A stretch of DNA of 64,000 nt, taken from NCBI GenBank assembly GCA_963770895.1, contig CAVYRF010000002.1:4096001-4160000 (forward strand), read 5' to 3'. This document shows, in pieces, positions 40,951-49,755 of this stretch (positions within the stretch are counted from its first letter, which is position 1; each line of letters opens with the position of its first letter). A program made the position numbers and the translations under genes. The stretch is from an uncultured Acidobacteriota bacterium (lineage in GTDB: Bacteria; Acidobacteriota; Thermoanaerobaculia; Multivoradales; UBA5704). Under the pieces are notes generated by a model. The model had not been told where the DNA came from, did no database searches, and saw only the letters and a list, made by a program, of their open reading frames with translations.

Positions 40951-43392
40951 ATGATTTCAGATATCCGGCAGGCGCTGCGCCAGATGGCCGCCCACCCCGG
41001 CTTCACTCTGGTGACCGTCTTGACCCTTGGCCTTGGCATCGGCGCCAACACGGCGATCTTCAGCATGGCGCGGGGGGTGCTGATGCGCCCCCTGCCCTAT
41101 GCCCACGGCGCCGCCCTGGTGCACATGGTGCCGCGCATCTCGGGCGCGGTCGGCGACCAGGTGTACTTCCCGGTGTTGGAGGTGCTCGACTACCGCCGCG
41201 AAAATCAGACCCTGGCGGCGGTGCTCGAATACCACTCGATGACGTTCAACCTGCTGGGCGAGGGCGAGCCCGACCGGGTGCAGACCGGCGTCGTCTCGGC
41301 CAACTTTTTCCGCGGCTTCGGCATCGCGCCGATCCTCGGCCGTGACTTTCGCCCGGACGACGACGCGCCGGGCGCCAACCCGGTGCTGCTGCTGTCCTAC
41401 GACTACTGGAAGGACCGCTTCGGCGGCGATCCCAAGGTCGTCGGCAAGCGGCTGCGCATGAACAGCCGTGAGATCGAAGTCATCGGCGTGCTGCCGCGGC
41501 TGCCCGCCTATCCCGGCAACGACCGGGTGTTCATGCCGACCTCTTCGTGCCCCTTCCGGTCGTCGGAAGGCACCAAGTCCAACCGCAACATCCGCATGGT
41601 CAGCATGTGGGCTCAGCTCAAGCCCGGCGTGACGCTCGATCAGGCGCAGGCCGACATCTCGACGCTGACGTCGCGCGAGCTGCGGTCGTTCCCCACCGCC
41701 TCGACCGCCGGCCTGCGCGTCGACCTGGTGCCGGTCAGCCAGGAGCTGACCGGGCACTTCCGGCCGACGCTCCTCATCCTGCTGGGGACGGTGGCCCTGG
41801 TGCTGCTGCTCGCCTGCGCCAACGCCGCCAACCTCACCTTTGCGCGGCTGCTCAGCCGCGAGCGTGAAGTGGTGGTGCGTGCGGCGCTGGGCGCCAGCAA
41901 GGCGCGCCTGGTGCGCCAGCTGCTGACCGAAAGCGTCCTGACGTCGCTCATGGGCGGCGTCCTGGGGTGCCTGCTGGCGGTCTTCGGGCTGGACCTGCTG
42001 GTCTCCTTCGCGCAGCGCTTCACGCCGCGCGCGGTGGAAATCCGCATCGACGGCGTGGTGCTGCTGTTCTCGCTGGGGCTGTCGCTGCTCGCCGGGTTCG
42101 CCTCGGGATGGCTGCCGGCGGTGCAGGCGCTGCGCCACAACCTGGCCGCCTCGCTCAAGGAGGGGGCGGGACGCTCGACGGCGGCAGCCGGCAAGCGGCG
42201 TTTCCGCGACCTGATGGTGGCGGCGCAGGTGGGGGTGTCGCTGGTGCTGCTGATCGGCGCCGGCCTGATGGTGCGCAGCCTGGTGCGGCTGATCGAAGTC
42301 GATCCCGGCTTCCGGCCGGAGCGGGTGCTGACCGCGACGCTGGAGCTGCCGTTCTCCAAGTACCCGCCGGGCGGGCCGCAGATCGCCAACTTCTTCACCC
42401 GGCTCTTGCAGGACATGGCGACCGATCCCAACGTCATCTCGGCGGCGGTGTCGAGCGACGTGCCGATGGGCGATTCCGACCTGATGACGCCGGACTACAA
42501 GGTCGAGGGGCAGCCGACGCCGGTCGGCCAGCCGGCGCCGCGCGCCGACGTGCACATCGCGAGCGAGGACTACTTCACGACGCTCGGCATCCCGATGGGC
42601 GAGGGGCGCTCGTTCACCTCGCAGGACAGCCTGCACGCGCCCGCGGTCATCGTCGTCAACCGCGAGATGGCCAAGCAGTGGTGGCCCAACCGCAGCCCGA
42701 TCGGCCAGCGCATCGCCATCAACTGGGCGCGCCATCCTGAGATGCGCACCATCGTCGGGGTGGTGTCCAACGTCCGCCACGAAGGGCTGACGGCCAAGGA
42801 GCACCCGACGATCTACCTGCCCTTCCAGCAGCTGCCGGGCGACGGTTCGCAGATCTTCGTGCGCACCCGCACCGACCCGTCCACCTTCCTGGCCAACCTG
42901 CGCGGGGCGGTGGCGACGATCGATCCCGAGCAGCCGGTGGCCAACATCCAGACCCTCGAACAGGTGCGCAGCAGCGCGCTGGCGCCCACCCGGCTGATCG
43001 CCATGCTGCTGTCGCTCTTCGCCGCCCTGGCGCTGATCATCACCGGCATCGGCATCGGCGCCGCCGTCTCCTTCGCGGTCGCCGAGCGCGTCTCCGAGAT
43101 GGCCATCCGCATGGCCCTCGGCGCCGACGGCGGCAGCGTCCTGTCGCTGCTCTTCAAGCGCGCCATGGGCCCGGTCTTCATCGGCTTGGCCCTGGGCCTG
43201 GCCGTCGCCATCACCCTGACCCGCGTCCTGGCCAGCAGCCTGGCCGGCATCGGCCTCTTCGGCATCGGCGCCACCGACCCCCTGGCCGTCGCCGCCGCCC
43301 TGGTTGTCCTCCTGGCCATCGGCGTCGTCACCTGCTTCCTCCCCTCCCGCCGAGCCGCCAAGGTCGACCCAGCCTCCGTCCTCCGCCAGTAA
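40951..43392 (+). CDS. ABC permease, duplicated MacB/FtsX type (ADOP-like)
   Basis: DIRQALRQM..HPGFT...LTLGLGIGANTAIFS, LLLACANAANL, RQLLTES, second half AIRMALGA, C-terminal P.RRAAKVDP; 813 aa; no adjacent ATPase. Confidence 0.9.
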   Translation: MISDIRQALRQMAAHPGFTLVTVLTLGLGIGANTAIFSMARGVLMRPLPYAHGAALVHMVPRISGAVGDQVYFPVLEVLDYRRENQTLAAVLEYHSMTFNLLGEGEPDRVQTGVVSANFFRGFGIAPILGRDFRPDDDAPGANPVLLLSYDYWKDRFGGDPKVVGKRLRMNSREIEVIGVLPRLPAYPGNDRVFMPTSSCPFRSSEGTKSNRNIRMVSMWAQLKPGVTLDQAQADISTLTSRELRSFPTASTAGLRVDLVPVSQELTGHFRPTLLILLGTVALVLLLACANAANLTFARLLSREREVVVRAALGASKARLVRQLLTESVLTSLMGGVLGCLLAVFGLDLLVSFAQRFTPRAVEIRIDGVVLLFSLGLSLLAGFASGWLPAVQALRHNLAASLKEGAGRSTAAAGKRRFRDLMVAAQVGVSLVLLIGAGLMVRSLVRLIEVDPGFRPERVLTATLELPFSKYPPGGPQIANFFTRLLQDMATDPNVISAAVSSDVPMGDSDLMTPDYKVEGQPTPVGQPAPRADVHIASEDYFTTLGIPMGEGRSFTSQDSLHAPAVIVVNREMAKQWWPNRSPIGQRIAINWARHPEMRTIVGVVSNVRHEGLTAKEHPTIYLPFQQLPGDGSQIFVRTRTDPSTFLANLRGAVATIDPEQPVANIQTLEQVRSSALAPTRLIAMLLSLFAALALIITGIGIGAAVSFAVAERVSEMAIRMALGADGGSVLSLLFKRAMGPVFIGLALGLAVAITLTRVLASSLAGIGLFGIGATDPLAVAAALVVLLAIGVVTCFLPSRRAAKVDPASVLRQ

Positions 43393-43409
43393 CCCCCCAG
43401 GAAAGTCCA

Positions 43410-43438
43410 GGGGCCGCGGCACGTCCGCGGCCCCTTTT
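43410..43438 (+). terminator. Intrinsic terminator closing the tailoring operon
   Basis: 10-bp stem GGGGCCGCGG-CACGT-CCGCGGCCCC followed by TTTT, 17 bp after the permease stop. Confidence 0.7.
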
Positions 43439-43487
43439 CCACCCCCCCACCAGAAGCCCCGCGCCGCCGGCGCAACACCTTCCCTCA

Positions 43488-43983
43488 TCGCCCCCCGGCC
43501 CGAGCGCGGTCGCGCCGTCAGGCGCGCCGCGGTCGGGGCAACCAAGGAGGCGAGGGGCACCTTTCCTGCCAGCGAGTCTCCACAGCTGATGGCGCAGCCT
43601 GGCCCTGCGGCCGCCCCACCCGAGGCGGCAGCTCCGGGGCGGCTGCCGGGAGGGCTCCCCTTGTCGTCGCGCTGCGGGCTCGTGGGGCGCCAGCGACTTG
43701 GCGGTGAGCCGTATTGCCAGCGGAGCCCACATTGCCTCGCCCCAGAGCGCCGCCAAGTGGACCCTCCCGTCAGCCGCCCCTCCCCGGACTGCCAGCGACG
43801 ACTCCGGCGGCGGATGGGTCGCCTGCGAATCGAAGGCACCGCCGGCCGCAAGTGCGTGAGTACAGCGCAGCTCACGCTCCAGAGCCAGGCCGAAGCCAAG
43901 GTGCCCTCGTCGCGGCAAAACCTTCGCTCTTCGCCCCCCGGCCCGAGCGCGGTCGCGCCGTCAGGCGCGCTGCGGTCGGGGCA
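43488..43983. repeat. Two near-identical ~53-bp palindromic (REP-like) units at 43488-43540 and 43931-43983
   Basis: tcgccccccggcccgagcgcggtcgcgccgtcaggcgcgc(c/t)gcggtcggggca; internal hairpin around GTCA. Confidence 0.75.
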
Positions 43984-44056
43984 TTCCCGCCTCGCGACCC
44001 ACAGCAGGTTCCGGGGAAAAAGGCGAACCAGATGGGCAGATGACACATTGCACGCA

Positions 44057-44166
44057 CGTCCTGTCGCTGCTCTTCAAGCGCGCCATGGGCCCCGGTCCTC
44101 ATCGGCCTGGCCCTGGGCCTGGCCGTCGCTATCGCCCTCCCGCGTCTTGGCCAGCAGCGTGGCCGG
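44057..44166 (+). repeat. Degenerate ~110-bp copy of permease gene segment 43137-43247
   Basis: cgtcctgtcgctgctcttcaagcgcgccatgggccc... is identical at the start, then diverges with substitutions and small indels. Confidence 0.85.
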
Positions 44167-44249
44167 GGTGCGCCGAGCCGCCGGGCCGTCCACGACGGCG
44201 GTTTCCTGGCAATCGGCGCGCAGGGTGTCGCATGTTACAGTAGTGTCTT

Positions 44250-44738
44250 GTGAGCAACCGTGAACTCGATTTGCGCCGTTTGTCGGATGGCATTCCCCAG
44301 ATGCCACGCAGGCTGACTGCGCGCGAACGCCTTGCGGATCATGTGTTCTTCTACCTGCAGATGGCGTCGTGGTTTACCTTCCTGGTTGGTGGCATTGTCG
44401 GCTATGCGGTCAAGGGTCTGATCGGCTGCGTTGTCTTGCTTGGCGCCGGCACGCTGTTCGGCTTCTGGATGCGCAGAAGCCTCGGCAGGCGAGGCCGAGA
44501 TCCATTTCATGGGTTCTTCCGGCGTCTCAAGGAGCGCGCCAACGGCTCCCGCCGCGGACTGCTCGAATGGGCTATTGAAACCTTGCGTGGCAGTGGTTTT
44601 ACGCTCTCCAAGTGCCAAGCCATCACTGCCGCATACGAGCGGGCCATGGCGCAGGGTCGTTCGGCATCGCCAGCGGAGAGACAAGTTATCCTCCAGCACC
44701 TTGACGCAGAGGTTAAGCGTATCTCCTATTCGAGTTGA
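44250..44738 (+). CDS. Hypothetical membrane protein
   Basis: 162 aa with an N-terminal hydrophobic stretch (~2 TM); lower-GC region. Confidence 0.6.
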   Translation: MSNRELDLRRLSDGIPQMPRRLTARERLADHVFFYLQMASWFTFLVGGIVGYAVKGLIGCVVLLGAGTLFGFWMRRSLGRRGRDPFHGFFRRLKERANGSRRGLLEWAIETLRGSGFTLSKCQAITAAYERAMAQGRSASPAERQVILQHLDAEVKRISYSS

Positions 44739-44754
44739 CGCGCAGGTGCCGCAT

Positions 44755-45735
44755 ATGTCCTGGTCGCAGCGCCGGAAAGTGGTGTGGCGCGTGCTCGTAA
44801 CTGGCAACGCACTGCTGATCTTTGCCGCTATTGCCTCCACGGCCCTGGGGATCACAGCGGCATGGAATGCAACCAAGACTGAATTCTTGCACGCTCTGGT
44901 GAGCCTACTTTTCACTTTCGGCTGCTGGTCGTGCAGCCTGGTAGGGTGTTGGTATGGAGGTCTTGGGTTGCTCCAATGGCGCGAGTCGGGGCGGATTTTG
45001 CATGGAGTTTCGTCATCGGAGAGACGGGCGATGTCGGCTCTGTGCCGCATCTCGGACGCAAATCAGGTGGTTTATGGCTCTCAGCCAATGATGCTGATCC
45101 CTGGTGCAATTGCCCTGGGTGCTGCTTTGCTATTGAAGGAGCCGCGTTGGCTTGGCATCGTTGTCATGATGGCTGGTCTTCGATGGTGGCTTTGGGTACG
45201 CACCACGACGCCGCCGTTTGTCCTCTTCCTTTCCACCTCACACTCTCGAAGCATAGAGATGCATCGGCAGACCAAGCGCTTGGTGAGCCCGCTGCGGGTC
45301 GTGACGCTGCTGGACCTGGGCGACAGCCCGTCCCGCGTCGTGGACGAAATCCGCCTGGATTGCTTAAGAAGCGGCAATGACGCCGATTGGTGGAACGTAA
45401 TAACGATTCTAATCGAGGTGACACCACTGATCGTCATCAACGCCGACACGGAAAGTCCCGGCGTGCTGAGGGAAGCCCGGTACCTGATTTCGGAGGGCCT
45501 TACGTTCAAGGCATTCTTTCTGACCAAGGGCGACGCTTGTCTCCTCCGACGCGAGCCAGAACCAGCCGCCAGCGCATCAACCTGTCGTGTTGGTTCTGCT
45601 GCGTCACTGCAAGAGCTCATCATGGCGATTCTCAACAGCGAGAAGCTTCCGGAAAGAGGGCAGACCCTTGGGCCGCCTATCCGGCACGGAGCTTTTCCCG
45701 GATCACCCGGCAGGGACTGCGGACCCGGCGTGTGA
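44755..45735 (+). CDS. Hypothetical multi-TM protein with soluble C-terminal alpha/beta domain
   Basis: Start MSWSQRR 17 bp after the upstream stop; ~4 hydrophobic segments, then PFVLFL...WWNVITILIE..PLIVINAD..SPGVLREA. Confidence 0.6.
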   Translation: MSWSQRRKVVWRVLVTGNALLIFAAIASTALGITAAWNATKTEFLHALVSLLFTFGCWSCSLVGCWYGGLGLLQWRESGRILHGVSSSERRAMSALCRISDANQVVYGSQPMMLIPGAIALGAALLLKEPRWLGIVVMMAGLRWWLWVRTTTPPFVLFLSTSHSRSIEMHRQTKRLVSPLRVVTLLDLGDSPSRVVDEIRLDCLRSGNDADWWNVITILIEVTPLIVINADTESPGVLREARYLISEGLTFKAFFLTKGDACLLRREPEPAASASTCRVGSAASLQELIMAILNSEKLPERGQTLGPPIRHGAFPGSPGRDCGPGV

Positions 45736-46176
45736 CTGCAGATCAACTCTGGCGGTTTGCTCAGGCCGGGCGGGTCTGGTCGGTGGTGCGGCCCTACGTG
45801 GAAGCGATCGTCGCCGATGGCTCTTGAATCTCGCAACGTGGGTGCTTCCGTCCGTTCGCGTCTCCTCGACCGGGCTCGCGCCCATGGCTCCGAGTTCGAT
45901 CGATCTTTGCTGACGGCAGCGCTCCGCCGAACGTTCGAGCGGCGCCGTACCGCCTGGCCGGCGGCAACGCCGACCGGCCTTGGTGAAGCATTCGCGGCCG
46001 ATAAGAACGTGCAGTGGCGTGCGTTCCTCGGGCGCGAGCGTCTGGGCGCAGCGCCTGATGCGTTTTGACGCGTCATCGCAGACCTGCGCGTTTTCCTGGC
46101 GCCGCTGGTCGCCGAATACAAAGATGGCGAGCAGTGGATGCCTGGGGGTCCGTGGGCTCGCGAGGAGGGTGCCTGA
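45732..46176 (+). pseudogene. Type IV TA (AbiEi/AbiEii-like) remnants
   Basis: AbiEi-like C-terminus DQLWRFAQAGRVWSVVRPYVEA (to 45827). AbiEii-like N-terminus NVGASVRSRLLDRARAHG (from 45817) joined directly to C-terminal ALRRTFERR...QWRAFL, with in-frame TGA at 46066 and continuation DLRVFLAP...W.PGGPW. Confidence 0.65.
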
Positions 46177-46220
46177 GGCGGCGCCGGTGTTCCGGCGCCG
46201 GTTTGGTGGTGGGGGCTGGG

Positions 46221-47327
46221 TTAGCGGGCTTGGTCGGGGGTGCGGTCGCGGTCTTGCCAGTCGACCATCCAGCCGGGGTATTCGATGGGGAGGGCGCTGG
46301 CGGCGTCGAGCTTGGCGATGTGTTCGGGAGCCAGGGTGACGTCGCTGGCGGCGAGGTTGTCGTGCAGCTGGTCGCGGGTCTTGGCGCCGATGATGACGCT
46401 GGTGACGAAGGGGCGGGTGAGGACCCAGGCGAGGGCGATGCGGGCGACGGAGAGGCCTGATTCGGCGGCGACCTCGCGCATGGCCGCCAGGACGGCGCGG
46501 GCGCGGTTGCGGTCGACGGGGGGGAAGTCGAAGGAGGTGCGGCGGCCTTCCTGCGGGCCGGTGGCGCCGGTGGGGGCTCCTGGGAGGGCGTGCCCAACGA
46601 CGGACGCGGGTTTGGCTTCGGCGGCGTCGGGGGCGGATGGATCGATCTCGTACTTGCCGGAGAGGAGGCCGCCGGCCAGGGGGCTCCAGGGGAGAATGGC
46701 GATGTGCTGGTCGGTTGCCAGCGGCACGATCTCGCGCTCGATGTCGCGGCCGGCGATCGAGTAGTACATCTGGGCGCTGACGAAGCGGGCCAGGCCGTGG
46801 GCGGTGGACAGGGTGACCGCCTGCGCCGCCTGCCAGGCGGGCAGGTTGCAGAACCCGACGTAGCGCACCTTGCCGGCGCGGACGACGTCGTCGAGGGCGC
46901 GCAGGGTCTCTTCGATCGGCGTCTGGCGATCCATGCCGTGGATCTGGTAGAGGTCGATGAAGTCCAGCTTGAGGCGCCGCAGGCTGCCGTCCACCGAGGC
47001 CAGGATGTGGGAGCGCGACAGGCCGTTCTGATTGGGGCCGGGACCGGTGCGGCCGCGCACCTTGGTGCCGATCACGATCTGGTCGCGCGGGCGCCCGAGC
47101 GAGGCCAGCGCGCCGCCCAGCAGCGTCTCGGATTCCCCTTCCGAGTAGACGTCCGCGGTGTCGATGAAGTTCACGCCGGCGTCCAGGGAGGCGCCGACCA
47201 GCGCCTCGGCGTCGTCGGCGCCGAGCGCGCCGATGGCCTGCCAGAATCCCTTGCCGCCGAACGTCATGGTGCCGAAGCAGATCTCGGACACGTACAGACC
47301 GGTGTTGGCAAAACGGCGATACCGCAT
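46221..47327 (-). CDS. Aldo/keto reductase
   Basis: GLYVSEICFGTMTFG, NFIDTADVYSEGESE, IGTK, IDLYQIH, GKVRYVG, PWSPLAGGLLSGKY, VIIGA. Confidence 0.93.
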   Translation of the reverse strand: MRYRRFANTGLYVSEICFGTMTFGGKGFWQAIGALGADDAEALVGASLDAGVNFIDTADVYSEGESETLLGGALASLGRPRDQIVIGTKVRGRTGPGPNQNGLSRSHILASVDGSLRRLKLDFIDLYQIHGMDRQTPIEETLRALDDVVRAGKVRYVGFCNLPAWQAAQAVTLSTAHGLARFVSAQMYYSIAGRDIEREIVPLATDQHIAILPWSPLAGGLLSGKYEIDPSAPDAAEAKPASVVGHALPGAPTGATGPQEGRRTSFDFPPVDRNRARAVLAAMREVAAESGLSVARIALAWVLTRPFVTSVIIGAKTRDQLHDNLAASDVTLAPEHIAKLDAASALPIEYPGWMVDWQDRDRTPDQAR

Positions 47328-47750
47328 TCGGTGTTCTCCCGCTGGGGCTCGGCGCCGCCGGGCGCCGGGCCTGCCCTGAGCCCCGGCGCCATCGTGGCGC
47401 CGGGCGATCAGTATCCTACGCGCAGGTGACAGGGGTATTGCCGGTGGAGGCGTGCGACCGGTCGGCTCGGCCCGGAGCGGCCGCACCGCTGAGCCACGTG
47501 CCTTGAGGGGCCGCCGGCGGCGCCCAGCTCCCGGTGCCCCTCGCCTCGCGGTGGCAAGCCGGTCGACGGGTTCCGCGAAGCAAGACGGGTGCGGGGGCAA
47601 GGCGGGTTGTGGGAAACAGAGGCGCGTTTTTCAGTTCGTGGTGCACAGATCTGTGTAGGGAATGCTCTGTTAGCCATGGATGGGAAGCGCGCCGGCTTCG
47701 GCGGAAGGGCGTGCTGCATTTGGCGCTTTGTCTCTTCAAAGGAGAATTGC

Positions 47751-48986
47751 ATGAATACGACGTGGGGGAAGCGATGCAAGTCCATGCTCAGGCTCTGGCC
47801 GGCGTTGTTGCTGATCGCCCCGGCCGGGGTCTACGCGGTGACGGCTCCCGATGCGCCCAGCGGCTTCGACAACCTTACCAACGGGTTCGAGGTGCAGGCG
47901 TCGATGGATGCCGATCGTGCCACGTTCGACGAGATCGAACAGATCTCCGACGGGCTGGGACCCATCTACAACGCGCAGTCCTGCCGCGAGTGCCATCAAA
48001 ACCCGGTCAGCGGCGCCACCAGCCAGGTCACTGAGCTGCGCGCCGGCTCGTTCAACGGCAGCACCTTCACCAACCACCCCGGCGGTTCGCTGATCCACGA
48101 CCGGGCGATCGACCCGTCGATCCAGGTGCGCGTCCTCGGTTCGGACAACGTGACGACGTTCCGCACCTCCCTCAACATCCTGGGTGACGGCTTCATCGAG
48201 GCGTTGCCCGACAGCGTGTTCACCACGATTCAGTCCGGCCAGCCGCGCGGTATGCAGGGAACGATCATCAAGGTCGCGGTGCTGGAATCGCCGGGCACCA
48301 CCCGCATCGCCCGTTTCGGCTGGAAGAACCAGCACGCCAGCATCCTGTCCTTCGCGTCGGACGCCTACCTCAACGAGATGGGGATCACCAATCCGCTGAA
48401 TCCCACCGAGGACACCTCCAACACGACGGACGTCTCGTACTTCAACACGCAGAACGGCGTCCCCGCGATCCAGGACCCGGCCACCCCGACCGATCCGTTC
48501 GGTCACGACATCGACGCCTTCACCCGCTTCATCCGCTCGACCAAGACGCCGCCGCGCGACACGGTGCTGGAAGCCACCAGCGACGCCCAGGCCGGAGCGC
48601 AGATCTTCACCTCCATCGGCTGCAACATCTGTCACGTCCCGTCGATGGTCACCGCTCCCGCCGGCACCTCGTTCAACGGCGGACAGTTCATCGTCCCGGC
48701 GGCGCTCGGCAGCCAGACCATCCACCCGTACAGCGACTTCCTGCTGCACGACGTGGGCACCGGCGACGGCATCGCGCAGGTCAGCCAGGCCACCATGAAC
48801 ATGATGCGCACGCCGCCCCTGTGGGGTCTGCGCACCCGCACCCGCATGATGCACGACGGAGAGAGCCTCACTCGCAACGACGCCATCCTGCGCCACTTCG
48901 GCCAGGCCAACCCCGTCATCGAGAACTACATCAACCTGACGCTCAACCAGCAGAACCAGCTGGTGACGTTCCTCAACACCCTGTAG
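47751..48986 (+). CDS. Secreted di-heme (DHOR/DUF1111-like) c-type cytochrome protein
   Basis: Signal-peptide-like N-terminus; DGLGPIYNAQSCRECH and GCNICH heme motifs; RFGWK, EMGIT, RTPPLWG, MHDG. Confidence 0.85.
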   Translation: MNTTWGKRCKSMLRLWPALLLIAPAGVYAVTAPDAPSGFDNLTNGFEVQASMDADRATFDEIEQISDGLGPIYNAQSCRECHQNPVSGATSQVTELRAGSFNGSTFTNHPGGSLIHDRAIDPSIQVRVLGSDNVTTFRTSLNILGDGFIEALPDSVFTTIQSGQPRGMQGTIIKVAVLESPGTTRIARFGWKNQHASILSFASDAYLNEMGITNPLNPTEDTSNTTDVSYFNTQNGVPAIQDPATPTDPFGHDIDAFTRFIRSTKTPPRDTVLEATSDAQAGAQIFTSIGCNICHVPSMVTAPAGTSFNGGQFIVPAALGSQTIHPYSDFLLHDVGTGDGIAQVSQATMNMMRTPPLWGLRTRTRMMHDGESLTRNDAILRHFGQANPVIENYINLTLNQQNQLVTFLNTL

Positions 48987-49224
48987 TCGCTGCCGTGGGG
49001 ACCGGTCCGGCCGCCGCCGGATCGGTCCAGCTTGCCACTCCGCCCACCCCCGGCCCATCGCCGCCGATCGCCGTCGTTCGCCGCCGTTTGCAGGCGTGCT
49101 CGTCGTGCCCCGCTCGAAAACAGAGCGGCGGGGGCCCTGGCCCGCAGCCGCAGTGCCCGCCAAGCCCGCATCGCTGCCGGTGCGGCGGTCTGGTGGCGGC
49201 CGGCGGTCAGGTGGCGGCGGGTGG

Positions 49225-49617
49225 TCAGGCGGCGGCTGGCGGGGCCGGGAGGGGTTGCGGGATTGGGGCGGTGATGGTGGCGAGCCAGTGTTCCAGGCCG
49301 CGGTCGCCCAGGCCTTCCATTTCGAGGAACTGGACGCCCATGCCGCGGGGCTTGCCCCATTGGCGGCGCCAGCGGACGATGGCCTTGGCGCAAAGGGGCC
49401 TGGTCAGGGCGATGTCGGTGCCGCTGTAGATGTGGAGGCTGAGGATGGTGCCGGTGGCGGGGGGGTGGCGGACGGTGACGAAGAGGCCTCCCAGGCTCAT
49501 GTTGTCGGCGACGCCGACCAGGTAGCGCTGCTCGGGCGGGGAGGATCGCTCGCAGCGGTAGAAGACCTGGGCTCCCTGGGCGAGTGTGCGGTATTCGGCG
49601 CGCTGGTCGGAATGCAT
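49225..49617 (-). CDS. PilZ domain protein
   Basis: RAEYR (RxxxR), NMSLGGLF (D/NxSxxG), VRW...GMGVQF. Confidence 0.8.
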   Translation of the reverse strand: MHSDQRAEYRTLAQGAQVFYRCERSSPPEQRYLVGVADNMSLGGLFVTVRHPPATGTILSLHIYSGTDIALTRPLCAKAIVRWRRQWGKPRGMGVQFLEMEGLGDRGLEHWLATITAPIPQPLPAPPAAA

Positions 49618-49755
49618 GGGCCACCTCTTGCGGTATGTGCGCGTCTCAGCAGGTGCGTAACCAAGCGCATCTTACCTGGGCAGGTGGTGCGGGGGAAGGG
49701 GCTCGCGCCGCGAAAGGGTGTCAGCCGCGGGCGACGGCGCGTGTCGGGGTTTGTC

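Noticed and set aside
43304-44263. ORFs across the post-permease region
   Set aside because: Low-complexity translations over repeats and a terminator; no recognisable protein.
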